DNA from: a virus
IMG/VR virus record: IMGVR_UViG_3300021963_000386
Length of the DNA: 34,373 nt
Strand: one strand, 5' to 3'
Made by a program: the position numbers and the translations under genes. Under the pieces are notes generated by a model that was not told the origin of the DNA, did no database searches, and saw only the letters and a list, made by a program, of their open reading frames with translations. Shown one piece after another: positions 1-8,541 of the stretch. Positions within the stretch are counted from its first letter, which is position 1. Each line of letters opens with the position of its first letter.

Positions 1-127
1 GTTAAAAGCATTGATGTATCCGGTGCGGATGCTAGGGTCAGCGCCTGCCGTAATTTCAAAACAGCGTTCAGGCCAGTATTTGCCTGCTGCTGCGCTGTAC
101 CGATGGTTAAAACGAAACTGTGTAAAG
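1..127. repeat. Terminal 127-nt block identical to 34247..34373 (circular-closure overlap)
   Basis: Read directly: gttaaaagcattgatgtatccggtgcgg...aaaacgaaactgtgtaaag occurs at both window ends. It lies inside a reading frame that stays open and in frame across the junction. Confidence 0.9.
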
Positions 128-1341
128 TTAAAATCAGTGAGCTTGTTAATGCGGAAACCCTGTTGCCAGCCATCGCATTCAACAACGCCAATTGTGATTC
201 GGTTGCCACCAAACGGGCTACCTGAATCAGCGCCATCATCGTAAAACCAACCAAGACCACCATCAACACCCGCGCCAGATATTTGCTCAATTACCGTCCC
301 TGTTCCTGCGCCGTACCATCCGCCAGAAGCATTGTTAATGCAACCAACTAACTTGATAAACCATGAGTCAAGACCAACACCATTTTCACTGGTAACGGTT
401 CTTCCTGCATTATTCTCGCCAAAAATTGCATCAAACGACAGCGTGGCGCAAGACCAAGGATCGGGGTTTGTGCCACCTATCATATTTTGCGGTTGATAAA
501 TAGTGCTGCCGCGAAGACCTAAACCACTTATTACGCCAAAATTGGTAAACCACAAACCAGTTAAAGAAAAACCGTGTCTTTGGTCAGCAGTTTGCCCCGT
601 GGTGTCTCGAAAAGTAAGACCACCATGAGAGCCGCCTTGCCAATATTGTGACAAGATTGCTGGGTGATTGGCGCTATTAGCAAGAACCGTGGTGATCTCA
701 ATAATTGGCGCATTGATATTTCCAGTGCCATCCACATCAAAGAACACTGCGTAGTGACCATCTGTTGTGATGTTGGGCCATAGCTTATTTACGCCGCCTG
801 AGTAAAATTTCAGCACACCTGGAGTGACTAAATAAGTGCCTGTCGGAATGTGACCCGGACGACCGGTGTCAATACATGCGGTGTAGAAAGCAAGTAGTTC
901 AGTGGTGGTATTGGTAGCTCCAGTGTTGTCAGCGCCGAAATCATCAACAGCATTCAAAGACTCAGCCAACTTGGTTTGTACGTTGGTTGGCGTAGACCCG
1001 GTATATGGTGGGTTGTAAACAACGCCAGAAGCATCCGGACTGATGCCAGTTCCGTCTGGGAAGTTGTAGACCATTGAGCCTTTGCTGTCCTGCACCAGGA
1101 TGCTGAAATTTACGCCATCGACGTAGATCTGGGCTGGTGTGCCTGCGCGTGAAATGTATCCATTGAGCGTGCGCAAAGGCTGAGGCGCTGGAATGGTGAG
1201 GGCTGCGTCAAAGTACGCCACTACCGGGTTGGTCTGCGGGTTCAGGTTGGCTACGCCAATCCAGACGTAACCGTTCTCCAATGGCTGCCCATCCCTGTCC
1301 TGGAAGACAGGGAATGGGACTTGAATCGAGAGTGCGCTCAT
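1..1341 (-). CDS. Tailspike protein, 5' two-thirds (P22-type head-binding domain + pectate-lyase-like beta-helix); continues across the circular junction into 33596..34246
   Basis: Absent from the ORF track because it runs off the window edge. ATG at 1341 follows AGGAGA with a 7-nt spacer. Manual translation MSALSIQVPFPVFQDRDGQPLENGYVWIGVANLNPQTNPVVAYFDAALTIPAPQPLRTLNGYISRAGTPAQIYVDG... has no stop down to nt 1. The N-terminus resembles the P22 gp9 head-binding domain. VDDFGADNTGATNTTTELLAFYTACIDTGRPGHIPTGTYLV is typical of beta-helix depolymerases. Confidence 0.85.
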   Translation of the reverse strand, partial: MSALSIQVPFPVFQDRDGQPLENGYVWIGVANLNPQTNPVVAYFDAALTIPAPQPLRTLNGYISRAGTPAQIYVDGVNFSILVQDSKGSMVYNFPDGTGISPDASGVVYNPPYTGSTPTNVQTKLAESLNAVDDFGADNTGATNTTTELLAFYTACIDTGRPGHIPTGTYLVTPGVLKFYSGGVNKLWPNITTDGHYAVFFDVDGTGNINAPIIEITTVLANSANHPAILSQYWQGGSHGGLTFRDTTGQTADQRHGFSLTGLWFTNFGVISGLGLRGSTIYQPQNMIGGTNPDPWSCATLSFDAIFGENNAGRTVTSENGVGLDSWFIKLVGCINNASGGWYGAGTGTVIEQISGAGVDGGLGWFYDDGADSGSPFGGNRITIGVVECDGWQQGFRINKLTDFNFTQFRFNHRYSAAAGKYWPERCFEITAGADPSIRTGYINAFN

Positions 1342-1407
1342 TGTTGGTTCTCCTGGTCGAATTGTCTATCAAGGCTGCACGGGTGGCAATGCGTTGAGTG
1401 CTTCATT

Positions 1408-3486
1408 TCAAAAGCCTCCTGCTGGTGGATTTGGCTTTTTCTGAGCACGCAAAGATTTCTTGATGGCTTCATCAATGGCTTGCTGCTGGCGAACGCTGAT
1501 GATTTTCTTGGCTCCGGAAGCGCCTGCAAGTGCTCCACCTGCTGCGCCTGCTGGACCTCCAGTGACTGCTCCAATGCCAGCGCCAACCAGCCCACCTGCA
1601 GCGGTGATTGCCTTCTTTGACAGTTCTGTTTGAAGGTTCAATGCCGTGGTGGCTGTGCCACTTGGGTTTGGGTCAAACGGCCGAAGAATGCGAGCACCAA
1701 CACGCAAAGTCTCCAGACGGTCTGCAAGCTCATCTCCAAGCAGTTGTTTTGTCTTTCCTCTGTACGGGGCCATCTGACGACTCAGAGTGTCGTCTGTGCC
1801 CTTCCAGACAACTGCACCACCCAGGGCAGTTTCAGTCGGATCAATGTTCTTTGAGATCATCTTCTCGACCAAATGTGCACGAACTTCAGCCAGGGCTTTT
1901 TTGCCAAGCTCTTGAAGCTCTGGAGTTGGCAGAGTTTCAAGTGTGCGGATGATGTTGTTGAATTGCGCGGTGTTCTTTGCCGCGTAGTTCACCAGCTTGT
2001 CTGGCAACACATCCAATGCCACTGCGCGATTTACACCCTCTGGGCCGCTGATATCCAAAATTTGCGCCAAGCCCTTTGGGTCTTCAAAAATGGTGCGGTA
2101 CTGCGTTCGCTTGGCTCTTGCATCCATGTAAACATCAGAAGGCAAGACGGAAAGCACATCCTCGTCAATGGCGTCTTTAACACCACCAACTGCATTTTTG
2201 GTTTGAGGCTTAGTTGGGTCGAACAGCCGATTAGCCTCTTGTCTGATGCGCTCCGCAGTCTGAGCATCAATGTCGGCCAAGTTGCCTTTCTTGTCCATGA
2301 CGCCAAGACGCACAAGCTCGTTTCTCATGTCACGAGCAACTGTTCGACCGTCGCCCTTGAAGTTGGCCGGTTCGTTGAGATAGGCTTTCAGACGGTCTAA
2401 GCGAATGCCGCCTTGGCCAGCCGCAGCTTCATTGGCCTGCGTGTACAGACTCTTGATCTGGTCGTTGTACCAGTTCTGATAGCCCTCCAAAGGAGCGCTG
2501 ATGGCCTCACCACGCATGAGTGGTGTTGCCCCTGCAGTGCCACCAGTGTCGCGCTGAATGGCCGACGCATATTCGGCCAAGCGCTGAGATTCCAGATCAA
2601 GCTGTTCGCGCATGGGTTGCGCGCCTTCGAGCTTGCTGACCATGATCTCGGTTTGGATCTGATTCTTGTCGCCTGTGCGAGCCCCAAGCCTGCGAGACTC
2701 TGGAGGAATTCCAATGGCATCCAGAACAAGATCGCGCTTACCCGTGGTTGCAACATCAAGCGGTGCTGCTGATGGTCTGGCACGAACGCCAGGATCGGCC
2801 AACACATCCAGCGGAGCCGCCTTCATTGCCATTGCTGGCACAGTTGTTTGCACTGGCGCTGCTTCAGTCGGCGCAATCATTCCGCGCACAGCAGTGGTGG
2901 CCGCCTGCACTGGCTTAACAACGGCCTGTCCTGCCGCCTGTGCGGCCTGCTGGGTGGCTGCTGCGCCACGCCGAGCTGTGGCTTGCACGATAGGCGCAGC
3001 CAGCCTGGTTGCCTGGACCAACTGGCCAGGCGCAGCAACCACCGGCAAAACAGGAGGAACTGCTGTTGCCAAGAACTGTGCAGCAGACTGTGTCATTTCT
3101 TGGCCTGCTGGAGTGCTGGGCTGAAATGGTGCTGAAAATGCCTGTGCACCTCTGGCCGCTGCTTGCTCAACTGCTTTGGCCGCTTCAGCAGTGCCAAACC
3201 TCCCACCAAGAATTTCCTGTGCCAAACCTCCAACAGTACCGCCAACCGTGCCAATAAGGCCAGCAACAGACCCTGGGCCAAGTGCCAATGCTGTCTCGCC
3301 TGCCCCAATTAGTTGCTGGCCAAGTGTTGGCGTAGTTGGTGGCGGTGCAATCTGCGCCTGTGTGGTCGCCGTGGTCTCTTGAGCCTTTGCAAACTGATAT
3401 GCCTGGGCAACAGTGTCGAACTCAGGAGTTCCTTGCTTGTCAGCGTTCTTGACAATCCAGGCTGCATACTCTTGTGCGGTTGCCAT
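1408..3486 (-). CDS. Internal virion / DNA-ejection protein (P22 gp16 position), 692 aa
   Basis: ORF-track ORF. It is the last of three Ala/Gln/Gly-rich genes between the needle-like gene and the tailspike, the same order as P22 7-20-16. It has a TAAATG junction with the upstream gene and a C-terminal glycine-zipper segment GGLVGAGIGAVTGGPAGAAGGALAGASGA. Confidence 0.6.
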   Translation of the reverse strand: MATAQEYAAWIVKNADKQGTPEFDTVAQAYQFAKAQETTATTQAQIAPPPTTPTLGQQLIGAGETALALGPGSVAGLIGTVGGTVGGLAQEILGGRFGTAEAAKAVEQAAARGAQAFSAPFQPSTPAGQEMTQSAAQFLATAVPPVLPVVAAPGQLVQATRLAAPIVQATARRGAAATQQAAQAAGQAVVKPVQAATTAVRGMIAPTEAAPVQTTVPAMAMKAAPLDVLADPGVRARPSAAPLDVATTGKRDLVLDAIGIPPESRRLGARTGDKNQIQTEIMVSKLEGAQPMREQLDLESQRLAEYASAIQRDTGGTAGATPLMRGEAISAPLEGYQNWYNDQIKSLYTQANEAAAGQGGIRLDRLKAYLNEPANFKGDGRTVARDMRNELVRLGVMDKKGNLADIDAQTAERIRQEANRLFDPTKPQTKNAVGGVKDAIDEDVLSVLPSDVYMDARAKRTQYRTIFEDPKGLAQILDISGPEGVNRAVALDVLPDKLVNYAAKNTAQFNNIIRTLETLPTPELQELGKKALAEVRAHLVEKMISKNIDPTETALGGAVVWKGTDDTLSRQMAPYRGKTKQLLGDELADRLETLRVGARILRPFDPNPSGTATTALNLQTELSKKAITAAGGLVGAGIGAVTGGPAGAAGGALAGASGAKKIISVRQQQAIDEAIKKSLRAQKKPNPPAGGF

Positions 3487-5169
3487 TTAGCGACCTCCGC
3501 GAAGGATTGCATCTGCTTGAGACATGACGCTTGCTGGCGTGGCCGCTGGTGCCGCTGCTGGTGCAGCAGTAGTCGGTATCTGGCCAACAGCCTGCTGTCG
3601 TCGTTCTTCTGCGATCTGCGCTGGTGAACGATACTTTTGCGACACATCACCAACAATGCGCTGAGCAAAGTCGTTAAATGTCTCGCCAGGTTTTGCTGCG
3701 TAGTCGCCAGCAATGAATGAGCCCTTTGCACGGGTCAACAGGCCATTATTCTGAGATAGCCAGTCTGTTTTGGCATTGTTGATTGCCGAGTCAATATCCT
3801 GCAGCTTTGCAGAGCCACGCAGAAATGACGCCAAGGTGGCAGCGTTGGCGTTCTCAGGAGGAATGCCCTTCAGTGCCAGCTCAATGTCCTTGTCGGTCGC
3901 AACTCCAGGCGGCAGCGACTTGATAGCCACTGAATTTCTAACCCTAGTGTATTCGTTTCTGATTTGTGTCCAGGCATCTTGTGAACCAGTAGCTTTCGCC
4001 AGCCACTCTGTGGCAGATGTCAACGCGCCCTTGCCGCCTTCTGCAGCCTCAATCCGCTTTGCAAGATCGTTGTATTGCGTCGCTGCTTGCTTTGAAGTTG
4101 ACGCCAAAGTGGCCGACTCGTTAATCAGCTTCCTGGCCTCTGGCGGGATTTCAGTTAGTCGTGCCTGAATGCTGGACATTTTCTCTGCGACCGTGGCCGC
4201 AGTGGTCTGCCTATCAAGATTTAGCTTTGCAGCCCGATCATTGATCTGACTTTGCAGATTCTTGATATTCCAAGTTTTTTCATTAAGTCCAGCTTGTGCC
4301 AATTGCTCGGCAAATTTAGCCTTGACTGCTGCTTCATCTGCCTCACTTGCTGCCTTGCCAATCCTGGTGGCAACAGTGCCTTCAGCGACACGAGCATCTG
4401 CGAACGCCTTAGCGGCCAACGCTTTTTTCTCTTCTACTTCAGCCTCTTTTAATTGTGTGGCCAACTGCCTTTGAATTGCCACATCTGGCTCTGCCTCAAG
4501 TTTTGCGCGAAGTTCTTGCACCTTGAGCTGTGACTCAGTGACCGCTGTGTTTGCAGCAGCAGTGATTCGTTTCAGCTCTTCTGGCTCTCTGGCCGCAGTC
4601 CTACGCTCTGCTCTTACAGCGGTAATTCCCTTGTACCAGTCTTCGCCAAACGTGCCAGCCCCAAGCGACTCCACAAGCCTTGCGGCTTGATTTGGGTCTT
4701 GGTTTGCAATGGTCAGAATGTCTTGGAATGCACGCTTCTGGCCAGGGTCGGTCTCAGCGTTGATGCGCTCTTGAATCAGCGTCTTCGCTGTTTCAGGATT
4801 GGCCTCAAATGCCAGCAGCACCTGCGATGTGAATCTCTTCGATGAGTCGAGCCTTTCCTTGCTCATGTTCTCGCCGACCAGCTTCAAGGCATCAAACTGC
4901 TGCTTGTTCGCGCCGACCAGCAAAGGTTGCAGTTCTTCGAACGTGCGCTCGGCTGCTGGCTTTGCAAAGAACGAGTTAAGGTTAGACTGGAACTGACGTT
5001 GCTGTGCCTGCGCGGCTTGTAGTTGCTGCGCCTCCATAGCACGCTTCTGCCTTGCGACCTCGAGTTCTTCTAGGCCAGCACCAAGTTTGACTCCGCTGAT
5101 TGCTGCCTCAAACGGGCTTTGAACCTCAACTGCGTAGTTGATCGGCTGTTGTAGTGGATTGATTGCCAT
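3487..5169 (-). CDS. Internal virion / DNA-ejection protein (P22 gp20 position), 560 aa
   Basis: ORF-track ORF. AAGGA precedes the ATG by 6 nt. The sequence is a long coiled-coil-like Ala/Gln/Glu/Lys-rich stretch. Assignment rests on synteny with the P22 ejection genes. Confidence 0.6.
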   Translation of the reverse strand: MAINPLQQPINYAVEVQSPFEAAISGVKLGAGLEELEVARQKRAMEAQQLQAAQAQQRQFQSNLNSFFAKPAAERTFEELQPLLVGANKQQFDALKLVGENMSKERLDSSKRFTSQVLLAFEANPETAKTLIQERINAETDPGQKRAFQDILTIANQDPNQAARLVESLGAGTFGEDWYKGITAVRAERRTAAREPEELKRITAAANTAVTESQLKVQELRAKLEAEPDVAIQRQLATQLKEAEVEEKKALAAKAFADARVAEGTVATRIGKAASEADEAAVKAKFAEQLAQAGLNEKTWNIKNLQSQINDRAAKLNLDRQTTAATVAEKMSSIQARLTEIPPEARKLINESATLASTSKQAATQYNDLAKRIEAAEGGKGALTSATEWLAKATGSQDAWTQIRNEYTRVRNSVAIKSLPPGVATDKDIELALKGIPPENANAATLASFLRGSAKLQDIDSAINNAKTDWLSQNNGLLTRAKGSFIAGDYAAKPGETFNDFAQRIVGDVSQKYRSPAQIAEERRQQAVGQIPTTAAPAAAPAATPASVMSQADAILRGGR

Positions 5170-5178
5170 GAGTCGTCC

Positions 5179-5910
5179 TTAGAAGTAAGCCCCAAGGTCT
5201 TGATTTCCGTAGGCCAAGCCGGTGCCAAAACCTGAGCCGCCAAGTGCCGTCTGTGAAAATGCTGCCTGTAGTCCACCAAAGCCACCGCCACCACCACCAG
5301 CCCTCATGCCAGCCATCTGAGCTGGAATATTCAAGAGTTGGCCATAGGCTTTGGCCTCTCCCAGCTCGCCACCAGCACGGGCTGCGCCCTGCTGGGCCAG
5401 TAGATTGCTGATGTTGGAGCCTGTCTCCATGCCTGCAGCGCCGACACCGGCAGCAGACCGCTGGCCCAACGTAGTCATGCCGCCAAGACGTCCGTATTGC
5501 TGCTCGATGAGGCTGGACAGAAGCTGTGGCCGGAACTGAGCCAGTGCGGCCTGGATGTTGCCACCACGCAGCCCACCAGTGGCAGAGGCACGCTGCAACA
5601 GGGCTTCCTCGCCCTGTCCGGCAAGTGCTTGGAATGTCTCTCCACCTCGGATGCGCTCAATGGCCGCCTGCTCTGCTTCTGGGCCTTGCAGGCCAAGCAG
5701 CGCCTGCTGCTGAGCCAGTGCTGGAAGGCCTGCCTCTTGGTAAGGCTTGAGCAAGGCCTGCAAGGCATCAAACTGCCTGCGCTGCTCTGCCATGCCAGCT
5801 TCTGCTGCTCCTGCTTGAATACCTGCGGCCTCGCTTGCTGCATCGGCCTGCATCATGCCGCCGATCAGTTGAGAGCCTCCAACGATTAAGCCAGTTACTG
5901 GATCAGGCAT
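5179..5910 (-). CDS. Internal virion / DNA-ejection protein (P22 gp7 position), 243 aa
   Basis: The track ORF 5179..5985 is trimmed to ATG 5910, which follows AAGGAG with a 7-nt spacer. The longer start would overlap the upstream gene by 83 nt. The protein is Gly/Ala/Gln-rich with a C-terminal GGGGGGFGG tract. Confidence 0.55.
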   Translation of the reverse strand: MPDPVTGLIVGGSQLIGGMMQADAASEAAGIQAGAAEAGMAEQRRQFDALQALLKPYQEAGLPALAQQQALLGLQGPEAEQAAIERIRGGETFQALAGQGEEALLQRASATGGLRGGNIQAALAQFRPQLLSSLIEQQYGRLGGMTTLGQRSAAGVGAAGMETGSNISNLLAQQGAARAGGELGEAKAYGQLLNIPAQMAGMRAGGGGGGFGGLQAAFSQTALGGSGFGTGLAYGNQDLGAYF

Positions 5911-6427
5911 GGCTAAACTCCTTGATGTAATCTTCGAGCGTCTCGCCATACAGTTCCATGACTTGAGACGCCGCTTCTGTAGCACGCTGAGTGCCGTGGC
6001 ACAGCGCCACAGCGATCAGCACAACGTCATAGTATCCTGCACGCCAGACAAATGATTTTGCGTCGGCCTTGCCTGCTCGCTCGGCTTGGTCAGATGCCTG
6101 CCATTTGAGAATCATGGAGGCCACGATGGGAGAGAGTGTGGGTGCGTTTGCCTGCCAGAATGCATTCTGGCCCATGCCAACCAGGCTGTTCCAGATGACT
6201 GCATTGAGGTCTTCGCGCTCGACTGGATCACCGTCGGCCACATCGTCAAAGACCTGAATGGCACCATAGAGCATGAGCAGCCACTCGACGGCTTGCGCAG
6301 GAAGCGCAAGAGACCTTTGCAGGTTCTCCTTCAGCCAATCGACACCAGTCATGCGCAGCTCCTGTTCAGGGTGAGCTGCTGGCGGCTCGATAGGCTCAGC
6401 GACTGCATTTTCCCACATTTCAACCAT
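5903..6427 (-). CDS. Hypothetical all-alpha protein in the virion module, 174 aa
   Basis: ORF-track ORF in the late-operon frame, starting 3 nt after the upstream stop. I recognise no family. Confidence 0.6.
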   Translation of the reverse strand: MVEMWENAVAEPIEPPAAHPEQELRMTGVDWLKENLQRSLALPAQAVEWLLMLYGAIQVFDDVADGDPVEREDLNAVIWNSLVGMGQNAFWQANAPTLSPIVASMILKWQASDQAERAGKADAKSFVWRAGYYDVVLIAVALCHGTQRATEAASQVMELYGETLEDYIKEFSHA

Positions 6428-6430
6428 CCG

Positions 6431-6838
6431 TCAATCTTCTTCGTCTTCGCGCTCTTCCCAAGCCTGGCAGACGCGCAGGTCGTGGCAGATGAACTCCAGC
6501 TTTTCGCAGTAGCCCCTAAAGCCTGCATCCGTGTCCCACTCATTGCGTGGGATGCGCTCCATCTTGAGCTGCATCTCGACCGAGTTGTCGTAGTACTCGC
6601 AGTTCGAGCAGCGCCGCCGACGGGCCTCTTTCTCGTCGCACTGCATGGCCTTGCCGACGGCAACCCAGAAAGTCTTGTTGGCGGTCGGCTCGTTGCTCGG
6701 GTTTTCAGGGCCGAGCATCCAGTCGTCGATGGCGACCTGGGTGTTCTTTTTGTTCTCGGCTGTGGTCAGGAACTCTTCATCGTAAGGAATGCCACCAAAC
6801 CCAGAAATCATCATCTTCGGCATCTTTGCGTAGTCCAT
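6431..6838 (-). CDS. Hypothetical acidic Cys-rich protein, 135 aa (CSNC...C-x7-C-x5-C, EEREDEED tail)
   Basis: ORF-track ORF. It has five Cys residues in the C-terminal half and a strongly acidic C-terminus, and sits in the virion module. Confidence 0.6.
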   Translation of the reverse strand: MDYAKMPKMMISGFGGIPYDEEFLTTAENKKNTQVAIDDWMLGPENPSNEPTANKTFWVAVGKAMQCDEKEARRRRCSNCEYYDNSVEMQLKMERIPRNEWDTDAGFRGYCEKLEFICHDLRVCQAWEEREDEED

Positions 6839-6850
6839 GTCTTACTCCTA

Positions 6851-7186
6851 TCAGGTGATCTCGCGGCCAGATGCGCGGATTGTCAACGATGTGGCTGCGC
6901 TGGCGATGGTGGAAATAAAACTCCCAGACTCAAGCGCCTGGCCAACCAGTTCTGGGAAAGTGTATGTCTCATCCGGTACGATGCTGCGGGTATCCACGAT
7001 CAAGTTGCTCGTGCCTGCACTGCCGCCACTGGTCACCAGATTGACGCTAATGGTCACATTTGCTGCGCTCGTGTTGGTGGCAGTGAACTTGTCAATGATG
7101 GCCTTGCAGTTGGTGGCCGTGTACTGCGTGGTCTGGCTGTTCTCGGCCTGCTTAGCAGGGATTAGCACTTTGATGATGACGGTCAT
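6851..7186 (-). CDS. Small beta-rich virion-module protein, 111 aa, paralog of 7196..7531
   Basis: ORF-track ORF. It aligns by eye with its upstream neighbour: ...ATNTSAANVTISVNLVTSGGSAGTSN...SLTIRASGREIT against ...IANTTAAAINVRVFLVPAAGTAATTN...GLTITASGAEAV. Confidence 0.7.
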   Translation of the reverse strand: MTVIIKVLIPAKQAENSQTTQYTATNCKAIIDKFTATNTSAANVTISVNLVTSGGSAGTSNLIVDTRSIVPDETYTFPELVGQALESGSFISTIASAATSLTIRASGREIT

Positions 7187-7195
7187 GGTTTCTCC

Positions 7196-7531
7196 TTACA
7201 CGGCCTCTGCGCCGCTTGCTGTGATTGTCAGGCCAGTAGATGCCGCCTGGATTTGGATGGTTTCGGCTGCATTCATGACCTGCACACCGTTGTACTGCAA
7301 GGCATTGTTTGCAGGCACGGAAACGTCATACAGGAAGGCGTTTGTCGTGGCAGCAGTGCCTGCTGCAGGAACCAAGAACACGCGCACGTTGATGGCCGCC
7401 GCCGTCGTGTTGGCGATGCTGAACTCTTTAAGCAGCGTGCGGGTGCTGGCCGGGACAGTGTAGAGCGTTGTTACGCCAGTGGTGATTGCCGCCTGGCCCA
7501 GCTTGGTGGGTGTGATTACATCGAAAGCCAT
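7196..7531 (-). CDS. Small beta-rich virion-module protein, 111 aa, paralog of 6851..7186
   Basis: ORF-track ORF of the same length as its neighbour, separated from it by 9 nt. Shared motifs are listed under the neighbour. Confidence 0.7.
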   Translation of the reverse strand: MAFDVITPTKLGQAAITTGVTTLYTVPASTRTLLKEFSIANTTAAAINVRVFLVPAAGTAATTNAFLYDVSVPANNALQYNGVQVMNAAETIQIQAASTGLTITASGAEAV

Positions 7532-8541
7532 GTGAGCACCAGGTTAGATTTGACAAACGCAGGGAGCGCCGCTGACGTCAGTGGACCACTTTCCCAGCGC
7601 TGCTGGACGCCATCGTAGAGAAGAACGTCGTTTGTGGAAGGTGCTGGAGCGTAAACGTCAGAGAGTTGGCTGACCAGTGGTTCGGCCTGTACCCTGACAA
7701 AGACAGAACCAGAGCCTGCAGTGGCAGCATTGACCACAGCCGCAACCACCACATGAGGGGTCGGTGCTTGAGGCAGATTCTTTGTCAGGCCGCCAGCAAA
7801 TGATGGGTTGTAGTAGAGGATGTCGCCATCTACCCATGTCTCGCCGTATGGTGTGCCAGTGGTGTTGAAGCCTCGCACGAGTCCAAAGCTGGAGACAAGT
7901 CCAAAATCGTTGTTGGCAATCGCCTCGGCTGCCACTCCCATGACGAGCTGGCCATTTGTCAATGCGGTGGCAGGCTTGCCTTTAAGCACTCCAGAGGAGC
8001 CGACAGACCCGTCGAACACCACCAGTTGCCCTTTGGCAATGGTTGCCGAGGCCTTGATGTAGTAGTACTGCGACTCTCCAATGGACTGGTTGACGTTTGG
8101 CGTCATGTCCAGGTTGAGTGTGTAGCCTCCGTTCCAGTGCAGCCTGCCGACCTTGGTGGCCGGATCAGGCGCATTGGTGTTGAAGTCGATGTAGTCGGTG
8201 GTGACCGAGTTGTTGTGCTGCTCTACTGGCGCAAGAGCCAGCAGATTGAGCACTTGGGCCAGCCTTGGAATGGCATCCAGTGCCTGCTGGACCTTTGCAT
8301 TCAGCACGGCATCATCGACCGCCGTGTCCTGCGCCAAGCGACTGATCTGAGCCAGCGCCTCGTTGGCCGTGGCCGCTGCCGTGTCTGCTTGGTACTCGAA
8401 GTCGGTGCCGGTGATGACCTGCAGCTCGTCCACCACAGCAAACAGCAGCTCAAACTGTCTGATCTGCTGCTGGTCAGTCAGGAACGCCGCGAGCTGGTCG
8501 CGGGTCAGGTTCAGCCTGCGGGAGACGGGTGCGGTGGCCAT
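7516..8541 (-). CDS. Tail needle / central fibre-like protein (P22 gp26 position), 341 aa
   Basis: ORF-track ORF directly after the gp10-like gene. It has an N-terminal coiled-coil-like segment (LTRDQLAAFLTDQQQIRQFELLF...) and a C-terminal beta-rich knob. The fibre-type motif LSDVYAPAPSTNDVLLYDGVQQRWESG lies near the end. Confidence 0.5.
   Translation of the reverse strand: MATAPVSRRLNLTRDQLAAFLTDQQQIRQFELLFAVVDELQVITGTDFEYQADTAAATANEALAQISRLAQDTAVDDAVLNAKVQQALDAIPRLAQVLNLLALAPVEQHNNSVTTDYIDFNTNAPDPATKVGRLHWNGGYTLNLDMTPNVNQSIGESQYYYIKASATIAKGQLVVFDGSVGSSGVLKGKPATALTNGQLVMGVAAEAIANNDFGLVSSFGLVRGFNTTGTPYGETWVDGDILYYNPSFAGGLTKNLPQAPTPHVVVAAVVNAATAGSGSVFVRVQAEPLVSQLSDVYAPAPSTNDVLLYDGVQQRWESGPLTSAALPAFVKSNLVLTWLSM

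Noticed and set aside
5903-6427. The FDDVADGD motif in the 174-aa protein read as an isoprenoid-synthase DDxxD signature.
   Set aside because: The protein is far too short for a terpene or prenyl synthase fold. There is no second metal-binding motif in the right place. A single acidic pentapeptide is not evidence.
6851-8541. A diversity-generating retroelement targeting the fibre-like or paralog genes, as found in some short-tailed phages.
   Set aside because: There is no reverse transcriptase gene anywhere in the window, and I could not see any template/variable repeat pair at the DNA level.
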